64,000 nt of DNA from Octopus vulgaris (Eukaryota), in assembly GCA_951406725.2 (NCBI GenBank), contig OX597830.1:57598001-57662000 (forward strand), given 5' to 3'. Below are positions 12,842 through 25,600 of this stretch, in pieces. Position numbers and translations under genes: made by a program. Numbering within the stretch: position 1 is the first letter of the stretch; every line of letters begins with the position of its first letter. The notes beneath the pieces were generated by a model. That model searched no databases and was not told the DNA's origin. It saw only the letters and a program-made list of their open reading frames with translations.

Positions 12842-13301
12842 GTTTAGTTAGTTAATTTTTTTGGCTCAAAAAGCAAGGCCATGTAGGGGGACATGGAGTT
12901 ATGTACAGGGTGGTGTTCATGTAAAGAGTTCAGGCCACTTGTGGTCAAGGGTGACTTTGGACCGAGCGGTCGTCAGCATCTTCACCATCTCGTCTGGCAG
13001 CTTGTTCCATGGATCCGCAACCCTGACGGAGAAAGCCCCTCTCCTTTGATTGAGATGAAATCGTCGCAGATAGAGCTTTTCGGAATGACCCCACAGCCGA
13101 CGCTCTGGAGCAGGAGTGAAGAACAGCTCTTTCGAGAGGTTACACTTTCTGCTTATGATGTTGTGAGCGAGAATGAGATCACCACGGCGGCGGCGTTTTT
13201 CTAGAGAATAAAGGTCGAGCGACTTCAGCCTTTCTTCATAAGACAAATTCTTGAGACCATGAACCATGCGGGTAGCCAGCTTCTGGACTCTTTCTGGACT
13301 C
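12842..13301 (-). mobile_element. 5'-truncated CR1-clade LINE (ORF2 C-terminus, 3' UTR, (AACT)n tail)
   Basis: Open frame ERVQKLATRMVHGLKNLSYEERLKSLDLYSLEKRRRRGDLI...FSVRVADPWNKLP, the classic CR1 ORF2 end; CpG retained. Confidence 0.92.
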
Positions 13302-13433
13302 AAATCAAATCTACCTCAAGTCACACATGACAGCCTTAACTACAAAAAGAACACACTGGACAATGTTTGACCATAGGTCATTCAATCAGGGCTAACCTGA
13401 GATTATACTTCAGCAAAAATTAAAAACACTTAC

Positions 13434-13535
13434 CACTGGATCTTTAACAATAGTTAGAAGGGTTATAATATTGGTTCCTCCTTGTAAATTTTCTAAAATT
13501 TTAATTTCTCTCTTTATTTTCTTCTTTTTTACTGG
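13434..13535 (-). CDS. CSNK2A1: CK2 alpha internal exon (basic cluster, helix C), 102 bp
   Basis: tcag|CCAGTA...CCAGTG|gtaagt; [34 protein letters not shown], the diagnostic CK2 [10 protein letters not shown] motif. Confidence 0.97.
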
Positions 13536-14226
13536 CTGAAAAAAGATGAAAATCAAAATATTTATCCAGACAATTTGTAATATGGAAGGAAGAAATTGTT
13601 ATGTAACCATCCAACAAACTATTCATGCTGTTCTCTTGTTCACAGATAAAATCACACTAACCCCCTGAAATACACAGCAGTTAAGCTTTCATACATTCCC
13701 TTTGGTCTCATCTTTGATGCTTTAGATATTAACAAAAATAATTTAATGACTACCTTAACATTTCAACAAACATTTACAAACATGTCCTAATAACAGCTGC
13801 AACATAAAACTATGGCAAAATTTTCAGTCAAGATCAACGCATTGTTTGGGATAATTAACAATAAAAATTGGAAAATATATGGACTCATTTTCAGCTCTGA
13901 CAAAACTGATATGAAATTGCATGCATAATTCCAAGGAAAAAAAGGGGGCATATTTTGTGGAGGGTTAAAAGCTTACTAGTAAATTATGTAAGAATGACAT
14001 CTTAATAGCAATACTTTTCTATGAATTCAAATATATTAGAGAGATAGTATGTATGTTACTAAGACAAATATTTATTAAAGATAAATAAGTAACAGACAGG
14101 AAGAAGGAATGTTCATTCTTTTTCACAGATAACCAAAAATTTTATCCAGGTATTTGACCCTATTAAGTTTATGGCTGTAAAATATTTGTAAATGCTACAA
14201 ACACCCCCACAATATAAGATCTAAAC

Positions 14227-14386
14227 CAGTGGCTCTCAATCTTTTTAATATCTGGGCCAAATCCAGGGGAATCTGCACAAAAAGAAAAAAAAGGTCAATT
14301 GAAAAAGTTATAGCTATAGAGGGAAGAGTGTCAAGGGCCACTGGAAGGATACTTGAGGCCCCAGGAGCTACAGTTGAAAACTGCAG
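14227..14386. mobile_element. hAT (Charlie/MER5-like) MITE, 160 bp
   Basis: Termini CAGTGGCTCTCAA / TTGAAAACTGCAG with 8-bp TSD atctaaac / gtctaaac. Confidence 0.75.
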
Positions 14387-15574
14387 GTCTAAACCCCGGT
14401 CATAGTTCCTTTCTTTAAAAGGGGAAAAAAACCCAAAAAATTGAGGGAAGAGATCAATGGAAGCAGCAAACATCCTACAAAACACTCTGGAACCCCTTGG
14501 CACCATATATGTCTGCAAGTGTAACTTCCAATACAAATTGATTTTGTTTTATAGTAGTTTTCTTCCTTTCATGCTTCTGTTCCGTTGTATCACATTCCTT
14601 CAACTGTTCTGTAAAGCTGTGTCCAACCAATTCTTCCACTTCATTTCATATCATTACCAACATCTGCTGCCATTTAGTAATCAGCTCACCGTCCACTCCA
14701 AACTCATCACAACATACTAGCAGTTTCTTGTTACACATCAACAAATCACAATCACTCTCTCGTCAATGGGAATATCTCACTATCATTTTTCTTCTTCTTT
14801 TTCTTGAGGGTGAGGGAGGGGCTTTACATTAATGGAAACAAACTCCAGCTGTTACAGCTACTTACACTGCAATATATATATTAGGTCACTTACATAAATT
14901 ACTATCTCCACAAAAGGTGTCTTTATGTTTATAGTGTAAACGAATCAAACTGTCAACAGAAATGTACAATGTGACAGTAGCTGAATAGTTAGGATGCCAG
15001 CAGACTGTTAGCAACTTTAGTAATTGGTTCAAACCAAGGTTTTAGGTTGTAATACTTTGCCACTCCGATACAGCCCAAACAGGCATGACCAAATGGGTTA
15101 CAAAGTTCACTTCATAACCCCAAAGTCCCAAGTTCAAACTTACTGCATATAACTTGGTACATGTCTGCTACATGCCACATGTTTTGGGCCAACCCAATCC
15201 TTGTGAGAGAAACTGAGCAAGTAGAAACTGTGTTGAAGCCTACCAGATAGACTGAACCTGTAAATTCAGAAGTCTAATATTATCAGTGTCATGCTGATTT
15301 GATCTGATGATAATGCTAAGACTCCAATTATCTGTGGAATATTCAACCACTTTAATTTGGCAAGTAAGCATTTCTACTGATCAAACAGCAGGAGTATTTG
15401 TTGTCAGGGTTCACAAGAGATGCACATAATTCACCCAAACAAAAGTCATTAGGTCTTGGAAATTCATGACATTAAACTATTGTCATCCAAGCATTAACCA
15501 ACAAAGTAAATGTCAGAATTTTGGGAATTGTTTAAGGATAGGTTGGTTGGTTGTCTTTTTTTAAATATATTCTT

Positions 15575-15885
15575 TTACTTGTTTCAGTCATGCTGGAGCA
15601 CTGCCTTTAGTCAAACAAATCGTCCCCAAGACATTCTTTGTAAGTCAAGTACTTATCTTACCAGTCTTTTTTGCCAGATCATTAAGTTACTGGGATATAA
15701 ATTCACCAACATCGGTGTCAAGCAATGGTGAGGGGCGGGTGTCAAACACAGACACACAAACATATACAAGACGGGGTTCTTTCAGTTTCCATCTACCAAA
15801 CGCAGTCTAGGCTTTGGTCAGCCAAAGGCTATAGCAGAAGACACTCACCCAAGGTGCCATGCAATGGGACTGAACCTGGAACCAT
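15575..15885 (-). mobile_element. tRNA-derived SINE family 1
   Basis: ttttacttgtttcagtcat...aaggtgccatgcaatgggactgaacctggaacc. Confidence 0.85.
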
Positions 15886-16839
15886 TCTACCTTTCCTTTA
15901 AGTGGCCCTGTGGGCTTTGCTTCAACTTATTTGAAGAAAAGGAGCTAGTGCAGTGGCTAGGAGAAAAAAGCTAGTGGATATTAGCTGCTGAGAAGAAATG
16001 TCCAGATAGTGCTTATAGGTGCAGCTATAATACTAATGGTGCCTGAGTAAACACGTCCAATGGCTTGAAACAGAAGGGCAGTCAGGAAGAAAAAGCAAAA
16101 GACTGCTTCAATACAGAAAAAGAATTTGGTCACATTATAAGAATAGGCTCCTAACATTTTGGACAAGGCCTCCAACTGGACATTAGCTGGGTTTGGGCAA
16201 GCTGGGTCAATAATAAGAAACTCAAGTGGTGTTGAAGGCTTGGGAGAACAGTGAAAGAGAATCAGGAAGAATCCAACCATAAAATCTCAATTTCAGCAAC
16301 AAAGAGTAACACATTCATTCAGTAACATTAGTTCATTGAGACCTTTTAAAAAGCTAAAATACAGCCAGAAGTACCATTGATTTTATAGTAATTTTTAATG
16401 AACCAACTCAATGCTGTAGACTAATAGAAAGCAAACTCCCCAAAGACAAGCCATATACAAGATTTGAAGGATATTACCAATAGATTCATAGGCAATGGCA
16501 TTTTTCTTTCTTTCTTTTTTTTTGTGTGGAAAGTGGCCAATGAAATCATCCAAATGATCGACATTGGTCTGAATCAGATTAGCAATTCATATATATTTTG
16601 GAAAAGAATTTCAAAATAATTTCCACTTAATAGCATTCAACGGGAAGAAGGTGGAATGCAAAACAAAAACAAGACAATTGAAGATATCACCAATTCAAAA
16701 TACTGGTTAACGTAGAAAATTATATACAATATTTCACAAAAAAAAAACCCAATTTTATTAGGGATATACACAAACTCAAGCAAATTTTAAATAAGCACAA
16801 ATGCAACTGATTTAAAAACAAAGGAAATTTTGTCTCCTA

Positions 16840-17070
16840 TCTCAAACCATTTTTTTACTTTCTATATCAAAATTAATCACATATAAACTTTTTTGTTGTC
16901 ATATTTCTGGTGAAAATAATGAAGAATAATTCATTATAAAGCTGCTGTTTGAGGCCTAAATCAACATCAAAGTTTTGATGGGTGGTTTTAATTTAGATTT
17001 ATTTTTAAAAAGGATGTTTGTCTCATACAACCTGGGACAGTCTGAGGAAGGTTGGTGTCGAAAGGGTTAA
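16840..17070. mobile_element. Degraded piggyBac-type MITE (related to 39578-39791)
   Basis: Ends cgaaagggTTAA; internal similarity to the MITE at 39578. Confidence 0.5.
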
Positions 17071-17399
17071 TCTGGTTCACTTTTTTATAAAACAATTTAC
17101 TAAACATGTCAAGCTTGAAAATATAATTTAATTCATTTTGACAGTGAAATCAAAAATAATATCAAAATGAAATTGCAACAGATCCTGATTTTAATTTACT
17201 CTGAAGCTGCAGGATTAAGTGTGATCCAAGAGCCTCAAAAATTATTGTAAATAATATTGGTAGCTGTTCAATACATAGTCAATAATACTCACTTTTCCAT
17301 GAAGATTAACATCTATAACTACTTTAATACACTTAAGTTCACTGATGATGTAATTTATACAGAACAGATAATCAACCAAAATGATAGTCTTTAAACAAA

Positions 17400-18080
17400 G
17401 AGGTTCAATTTATGCACATACAGAGCTATGCGATCACAGGAAAGAACCAGCCAGAGCTTTCATTATCTTCATGCGCTCAGGACAGCAGATCCATTTGAAG
17501 AAACTTCCTGTGAGCAATGAAAAGTGGAACAGCTATTGGGAGGTGGCTGCAGATTTATCAGGGTGCCAAGAATTCTTTCCCATCCCAGTTACGAAGAAAC
17601 CGGATATCATAATATGGTGTGAAAAACAGAAAGTGGTAAATCTAGTCCAGTTAACGGTTCCTCGTGAAGATAGCATAGATGCCACCCAAGCTACAAAGAG
17701 TGACTGTTATGTAAGCCTGCTCTAGGAATGAGAAGGCAAAGGCTGGAAAGGAGAGAATTTTCCAATCGTAGTCGGATGTAGAAGATTTGTTGGACACAGT
17801 GTGAGACGACTGTTGTTATTGTTAGGCTTAAACTCATTGTAAAGCAAATACCACCATAATTGACATCCAAACTACAGCAGAAAAGGCAAGCCACTGGATG
17901 TGGTTAAAAAGGAGACAATTAGCAATGGCTAGAATAATATTGAGCTATATCTGATAACCAGTTGATTTAGCAAGCAGGGCCTCATTTCAGGGGCAGGAGT
18001 TGCAATGATCCCATTGAGAGGTAAGCCACAAAACAGTGTGTGTTCTATCCTGATGACCCCATAAATTTGCTGGCATCCGG
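17400..18080 (+). mobile_element. 3' fragment of an R2-group (Hero-like) non-LTR retrotransposon, restriction-like endonuclease domain
   Basis: KPDIIIWCEKQKVVNLVQLTVPREDS...GKGWK...PIVVGCRRF resembles the RPD...ELTVPWE...GW...EVGCRGF signature. Confidence 0.7.
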
Positions 18081-20049
18081 TATGCAGAGCTTTGACTGGT
18101 AGCACTTGCATTTACATGTGCAAGTTATTTGCAAAACATAGCTGCACAACTACATGGTTCCAAATTCAAACCCACTGAGTGGCACCTTGATAAGTGCCTT
18201 CTATTAAATCCTTGGTCAGACCAAGGAGTATGAATGGAATTTATCAGCAGGAACTGAGAAGCCCATTGCGCATGTATGAAGGGACACACATGCATATTCA
18301 TGCTTGGCTGTCCTCATTAACACTGCCTGAGCAAAAAGTGATAAGCAAAAATCCTGTAGCTTTAGTAGATTCACTGCTTTCAATCTACAAGGAAAAGTAG
18401 AATGAAAATGTCTTATTTGAGAAACAGGTAATGGTTGGCAAGGCAGTAAAAATCTGGAGGATGCTGAAGGATAGAGGAGTTTTGTATTAGAGGGGAAACA
18501 TGGCTACCTCAGCTGGGTGGAGAGAGAAGATGGTGAAGATATGATAGGAAAGTAAGAGAGATCATACACTCAAGTTAGAAAGAGGTGTATATATAATGAA
18601 GTGGACCAGAATAGGAGAGGGTGAGTCCACAAGATTGTGAAGGGTGTGGCAGATGCAGGGGGATATAATGAGTAAGCACAGGTAGAATGGGTGGAAAAAA
18701 TTCAACAGGGACATATTGCGTGCAGGTAGGTACATGAGGGAAATACAGCAGTGGTGGGTATGGGTGGAGGGAAGAGGATGCCAGGAAGCTGAGTTGGGGA
18801 GGGGGGCTCGGGCATAAAGGACACACTTTTATGACCTCCTCACCTAACTCATGCTAACATGTAAAAACAGATGTGAAAAGTGTGTGCGTGTGAATGTTTA
18901 ATTTCTTGCATATTCATTTAAGAAATTATAGTTAATTCAATACTAAAGTACACAGAGCAAAGAATTTACATAAAAACTCAAGTTCAAATAAAAGAATCAT
19001 CATCATCATCATCATTTAACATCCGTTTTCCAAAGCTAAAATCAATGTATAGCACATATATAGAAAACAATACTACATAAGGCAACACAACACACATTCA
19101 GCAAAACAGTATTTTAGGAAACTGAATAATTACTGGTACACTTCACGTGTGTGCAATTTTTTTACTTGCATTCTTAGGAGTCACAAGATTCAAAGAGTCT
19201 GGTTGTCATGTAATTAAAATAGCAGTCCCAACAAAATACTGGAATAGGCAGTGAGGAGAATTATGAGAAAGGTAGAAAAAGACCAACTGAAGACATTGAT
19301 TGTGAATACTATTTGGTCTAAGAAAAGAGGAGTTAAAGCAACATCTTAATAGAAAAAAGTGGAAATTATTTTGTAGGTTTTGAAACTTGCTTGTCCAGTA
19401 ACAGCAACAGGTATAAAAATATAAATAATAATATAACGCAATGAACTTTCATATTCATGAAGATGAAATCTGAATTGTGTAGGAGATCAAACAACAACTT
19501 TAATAGAAGTGAAAGATTCAAAACCAAATAACATTTGGGTTGGTCTCTGATTTTTAAGGAATCTCTCACATTACAATAGTCTCAATGTGTATGGGGTGGA
19601 GTTAGCTTCACCTTCCATTTGGATTAAAAGTTTAATAATTTAAGATGCAATGTTTATATTATTTTGGAGTGGGAGAGAAAACATGGGATACACAAGAAAA
19701 TTGTGAAATTATTGCTGTAATGTTTGCAATGATTTGGGGTTTAAACTAATCCCAGATGTAAATTCAAACAGTAAACCATTTTCCCAGAACCATATGCTCA
19801 AACTGTTTTAAAAAATGAATACTTTTACCTATCAAGCTAAGCTTAACACTCCCTAACTCCATTTATCACAAAACTTTAACATTTTTATCACCATTTCAAT
19901 TTAAGCAGATACTCGTGCACATTTAATCTATTTGCAGCAACAGATTTGTCAGTAATCCGTTCTATCTGAAGATTCCTTAACTCACACACCCCCAGAATGT
20001 GTCATATTTCAACAAACTTGACTGATACAAAGAGAAATGTGGAAAACAA

Positions 20050-21170
20050 GATATTAAATGAAATTAGGATTGAAAAATTGTTTCTGCAAAACAAATAAAA
20101 ATTTTTAACTTTTTCTTTTAAGTGAGGGCACCACACAGTCAGCACAGTATGCTTGCAACAACAGTGATGTGTATATGTGATCTTGACTTCCAGTCAATAA
20201 TTACACTATGTCACATCAGATAGTCATTGATGTGTGGGTGCTTCAGTGAATAAATGTACATTTAGTAATCCTCTACAGAGACTTTTCTGATGATGCAAGA
20301 GGTCTGTAAGGAGAAATGTTTAAGCTGTACCCCCAACATCAAGTGTGGTTCCAGCATTCCAAATTGGGAGGAACATTCATTAAAGATGCTCCCATGTCTA
20401 GACAACCTTCCACAACAATGAATGAAAATCACATTGTCAAAGGGCAGACTGTGATCCACAAGAATCATCATCAAATCAGAAGCAGCATCGATAGAAGTTT
20501 GTTCCATATAATTTGAAAAAGCATAACATTATCACAAAATTTATAGAATGTCTGCAAACAGTTGAACACAAAAGCTGAATCGCAGTCAGCCAGGAGCTGA
20601 AGAAAACTTTATGGAAAGCATCAAAACAGGCAACGAAATGAGAGAATGTGACCCTGGTGTTGAAATGAAAAGTAGCCATCACAGTGTGTGCGATCATCAT
20701 TGGTGTGGCCAAAAAAATGTCAATCACTCAAATGTGAAAGTTATAGTGACTGCCTTTTGATTGAAAAGTTGAGTATATTCCATATAAATGATTGAATATA
20801 GAGTATTATTTGGAGGTATTGAATCATTTGAGAAAAGCACTTCAAAGAAAGAGACCTGAGGCATGGACAAAATTTGGGTGCTGCACTACCACAATACCCT
20901 TGATCTGTGATCTTTTGTCAAAATGTTCGACTACTCTCATCCACAAAGCATTCAACTCTCCATGATTGGCATCTACATTTTTGTTTATCCAACCTACTCC
21001 CATGAATTCTACCCTGAAAGGTTTACCAATTTTAAATGGCTGAAAAAGAAAAAATTGTTATGAGAACTGTATTCTGAAACTGGAAGAATCGCTGGGAGTA
21101 TTGAAGGAAAATAATTTTTTTTTAAGAAAACAAACATGATTAAATTATAAATTTTAAAAAACTAGTTTCT
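20050..21170 (+). mobile_element. Decayed mariner transposon
   Basis: QVWFQHSKLGGTFIKDAPMSRQPST (WF..FK.G...D.PRSGRP helix-turn-helix region) and downstream degenerate DDD-domain pieces. Confidence 0.7.
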
Positions 21171-21227
21171 TTTGGGACAAAATTTGTATTTAAAATTTTA
21201 GAGTTTTCAAAAATTATAAAAACTTAC

Positions 21228-21339
21228 TTTTAATACTTTTATAACACATTTTTCATTGTTTGTAATGTTAATTGCTTCAAAGACTTCACTGTATTTTCCT
21301 CTTCCTAATTTCCGTACAGTTTGGTAATCATCTTGTTGT
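21228..21339 (-). CDS. CSNK2A1: CK2 alpha catalytic subunit, internal exon (Gly-rich loop and catalytic Lys), 112 bp
   Basis: Minus strand acag|ACAACAAGATGAT...GTATTAAAA|gtaagt translates (G)[37 protein letters not shown], matching CK2alpha residues 34-71. Confidence 0.96.
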
Positions 21340-21827
21340 CTGTTAATAAAAATAGAAATAAAAATAAACAAAATAAAATTTTCACAAGATTAGAGATACC
21401 AATAATAATTTTAAAAATTAATTTGGTAACAAGTATTTTAAATAACAACACTTTCGAGATAAGCAATTCAAAATAAGAACTTGAAAAAGTATCAACATCA
21501 TATTTCAGGTTCAAAACTATAAAATAGCAAAAACCATTTCCACTTTCGGGCTAGAAACTACATTGGTTTTCAACAGATCCTGTACAAAGCATAAATACAG
21601 CTACGTCACTCCGCCACATACTGGAGCACTGCACATACATTTGTATGATTGACAAACCTCTCCTACAACACACTACATTTACTAATACCGTAACTGTTTT
21701 CCTTCACCAATGCTAGATCGGCTCCTGCTTTCTTCTATACCACTCCAATAAAGAAAAAAAACTAACACACTGCCTCTTACACCCCTCCTTTTGTTTCATA
21801 TTGGTATTGACCTATAAAAATTTCGAC

Positions 21828-22047
21828 TTAAACCTTTAGCATTCAGATTACTCTGTCAAGTGTAATGTTTATTTATTCACATCAATCTGAATTAGTCAAG
21901 TATTTTTATTGTGTAGCTTTGAAATTGCAATGACATGATTATTTTTAGAATATTGTAGGGTAAGTGTGAGAGACCAGACTTAGCCAGTTTAAACATAAAA
22001 CAGAATATTTTGGTGGGATATGGCCAGTTTAAATGCTAAAGACTTAC
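21828..22047. mobile_element. piggyBac-type MITE, family B
   Basis: TTAA|ACCTTTAGCATT ... AATGCTAAAGAC|TTAC; homologous to copies at 29906, 38457 and 48243. Confidence 0.7.
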
Positions 22048-22207
22048 ACTGACATCTCCTGCAGCCAATTTAAATGGGTGAGCGAGACTGGGCCGATTGA
22101 TATAGCCACTGGGAGTAGGAAATACTCAGCACATTTGCAATAGGATCCCTGCCCCCATTCTTCATTGAATAACACTAATGCCAAACTAAGAGGAATTAGT
22201 TATTAGT

Positions 22208-23228
22208 ATCATCATCATTTAAAGTCCTTGTCAATGCTGGCATGGGCTGGACAGTTTAACTAGGGCTGGCAAGCAGGAAGGCTGCACAAGACTCTAGTCT
22301 GATTTGACAGGGTTTCTACAGCTAGATGCCATTCCTAATGCCAAACACTCTGAGAGTGCAATGACTGCTGTTATGTGTCACTGGCACAAGTGCCATTTGT
22401 GACACCAGTATCTGCTACGGCCACGATTCCACTTGGCTTGATGGGTTTTCTTAGGCACAGCTTAATCCTTTCTGCTATAGGCACAAAGCCTGGATTTTGT
22501 GAGGAGGGGGTTGTCGATTACATTGACCCCAGTGTTTCACTGGCACTAAATTTATCACCCCCGAAAGGATGAATGGCAAAGTTGACCTTCGCAGAATTTG
22601 AACTCAGAACATAGCAATGAGCAAAATACCACTAAGCACTTCGTCCAGCGTGCTAATGATTCTGCCAGCTCCCCACCTTTCTCAAGCACAGCATAATACC
22701 AATGGTCTCAGTCGCTAGTTATTGCCTGTTAGGCCCAATGTTTGAAGATCATTCTTCACCACCTTGTCTCATATCTCCCTAGGTCTACCTCTATCACAGG
22801 TTCCCTCCATAGTAAGAGACTGGCATTTCTATACATAGCTCTCCTCATCCATATGCATCACATGACCATATCAGTGCAGTCGTCTCTCTTGCACACCACA
22901 TCTGATGCCTCTTATGCCCAACTTTTCTCTCAAGACGCTTATAATCTGTCATACATGCACACTGACTTTGCACATCCAGCAGAGCATATTAGCTTCATTT
23001 CTTTCAAACCTACGCATGTCCTCGGCTGTCACAGCCCATGTTTCACTGCCGTGTAGCATAGCTTTTTGTTCACAGGCATCATACAGTCTGCCTTTCACTC
23101 TGAGGGACAGGCCCTTTGATGCCAGCAGAGGTGGGAGCTCTCTGAGCTTTGCCCAGCCTATTCTTATACTCGCAGCTATGCTCTGAGAGCGTCCACCTAA
23201 CTTGGTCACCTAGATAACAGAAGCTACT
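22208..23228 (-). mobile_element. 5'-truncated RTE LINE with a nested family-2 SINE (~22470-22677)
   Basis: RIGWAKLRELPPLLASKGLSLRVKGRLYDAC...LHGSETWAVT; (GAT)n tail at ~22208. Confidence 0.88.
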
Positions 23229-23920
23229 TATTACCTTAAGTTAAAAAATAGGTTTAATTGAAACACTTAAATAATAATTTGATAGAGATTGGAATATTGG
23301 AAAGAAACAAATCACAAACATAGCCAGCACTTGTTAACATAAAATAAGAGATTTTTTCAAGCTTTGCTAAAATTCTGTCCACAGTTTCTCTCAATCATTA
23401 ATCCCAAACAACCTCAGTCCCCCAAGGTGTTCCAATACAATAATGGTGTGAATCAACTGCAGATTTAATATCTAATTTTTATGCAATAAAACAATACACT
23501 AAAAGTATTAATTCTACATGGTAAGTCAAGTAGTAGTGAACAATTTGCAGTGCAATTACAGCAGTAAATTATACCCACTGCAATGCCAAGCAAGGCTTAG
23601 GTAGGTTTGGTTGTTGTAGCCTCTCAACTTAGTTGCTCTAACTAAATGGATACACTAAACCCTTCCTAAATCACTAATTCCTTTCATTTCAAAGCACAAC
23701 TAATGGTTTTGTTAACTTTTCCTTGACCTACTCAATCTACTACAACTGCTATTACTACAATGATGACAATGCACCTTTTGCTACCACCACCACCACCATC
23801 AAAACCACCAACCAGCATTTGATCACTTTGTTTGTTCTATGGGTAGGGCATTTCTCACAGCATCTTGTCATTCTTTAGTCTGATTCACTTAGCACTCAGT
23901 AACAGAGGCAGCTGGCCAAC

Positions 23921-24002
23921 GTTGCTTTTGTGCAGGCCTTATAGTACAAGTTATTTCATGTGTTGCTTTTGTGCAGGCCTTATAGTACAAGTTATTTCAT
24001 GT
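23921..24002. repeat. Perfect 41-bp tandem duplication
   Basis: gttgcttttgtgcaggccttatagtacaagttatttcatgt x2. Confidence 0.95.
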
Positions 24003-24439
24003 AGAAAGACCAAGTCCCCAATCCTCTGTATCGGTTCCTGTTCAGAATTACTGCACTCTTTAAAGATGAGTAACCCATGCTGTGGTTAGTGGAGTCCATG
24101 CTCATTGTCCATCCTATATGACCACCCACTTTACAACCAGTACTTGATGCTTTCTTTTCTTTTAATCACACCATCAGCCTTAGAAAGGCTCTCCACTGCA
24201 GGCCTAAAGAGATCCCTCTACACTTTCTTAGAGATTCTGCCCTCCTAACAGAGCTGTCTGCACTGCAACATATGGAACTCACATCTCCAGTCTTTGGAAT
24301 GGTTTTATGGCTGGATATCCTTATTTAGAGTCATCACAATCTTATGAGGGGTCATAGTTTGTGAGTGGCAAGGGATAAAAGGTTGTCTCCACTAACTGGG
24401 TGCAAGGCTCAATCCCCATAATGTGTGGCAAACAGTACA

Positions 24440-25200
24440 TATTACCTTGAATTTATGCAGTTCTCAAGTAGTTAATTCCTGTTGTCAATTCAGTTACTGC
24501 TTCAGCCATCTTAAATTAAAGATGGATGAATTCATAGAGCATTGAAGGTATACAGCACTTTAGGAGTTCAGAAAAGGCAATAACACAGAAGATGCAATCC
24601 AAAATATTCAAAGTGCTTACAGAATGGATTGTTAAAAAAAAAAAAAAAAAAAAAACAGTTGAAGGTTTGAAAGATACAGAAAGGGTTGATTTCAGTTACA
24701 CTTTAGAACTTAACTGAAACGAAACTGTTATGGTTGAAGAGTTAGCCCAAAAACCCAACTCAAACTTGAGAAATGGGATCCCCATAATTTGACAGAAAAC
24801 CACTGTGCTGCCACCAGTAAACATCTGCACTTCTCTACACTCAAGAGAATGTATATCACCATTTTTAAACAGACTAGTGACTAATAAGAAAAAGTGAATC
24901 TTTTACAAGAATGTTAAGTGGTGCAGACAATGGCCTAATGAAGGTGAACTGGTTAAACCACAACCCAAAACAAACCTCCATCCAAGTGTTGGTTAATGTT
25001 TTGTGGAATTATTAGTGTGATCCACTTTTGGGCTGCTACCTATTAATGAAACAATTACAATTACAGCAAACATTTACTGTCAACATTTACAATGTTTTAA
25101 CACTGCTTTGAAGGAATCGTAAAGGAGTGGTGTTCTTTCATGATAATACACGACCCCTAACAGCAAAGATCATGCCTGAAAAGAAAGAAAAGCTCAGCTG
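24440..25200 (+). mobile_element. Decayed mariner transposase remnant
   Basis: RLVT..K.I.Y.N and HDNTRP (HDNARPH) motif remnants. Confidence 0.6.
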
Positions 25201-25299
25201 ATGTTGTATATATCAGGTCATCTCATAAGTAATGTCTAAATAGTGGGTAACATGAAATGGTCTCTAATGTCATATTTTATTAGAATTCATCCATTAGCA

Positions 25300-25600
25300 T
25301 AACTACTGTCATTACCAATGACCTTTCAATGTCGTATAAGCTTCTTTAATATCATTTGTGTAAAACATCTTCAGGTTTGGTGGAAAAGAATGTAGAGAGG
25401 GAAGTTTGCACTCATTATTTTGTTTTTACTTTTGTTAAGAACTAGTCCAAGATTCTGTAAACTTTAGAACAGGTGTTAATCAGGTGGAGCAAAGTCAGAT
25501 GGATAAGGAGGCTGTAGAATTTTACTGCCACTCCACCCAGATTACCACTGGAACTTCTTGGATTTTACTATCATGGATCTTCTTGATTTATAAACATTGC
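25300..25600 (-). mobile_element. Decayed mariner fragment in opposite orientation
   Basis: Minus strand YPSDFAPPD*HLF*SLQN resembles the YSPDLAPSDYHLFRSLQN motif. Confidence 0.55.

Noticed and set aside
15981-16280. Hydrophobic 99-aa minus-strand ORF
   Set aside because: No recognisable motif or splice context; hydrophobicity is expected from T-rich sequence
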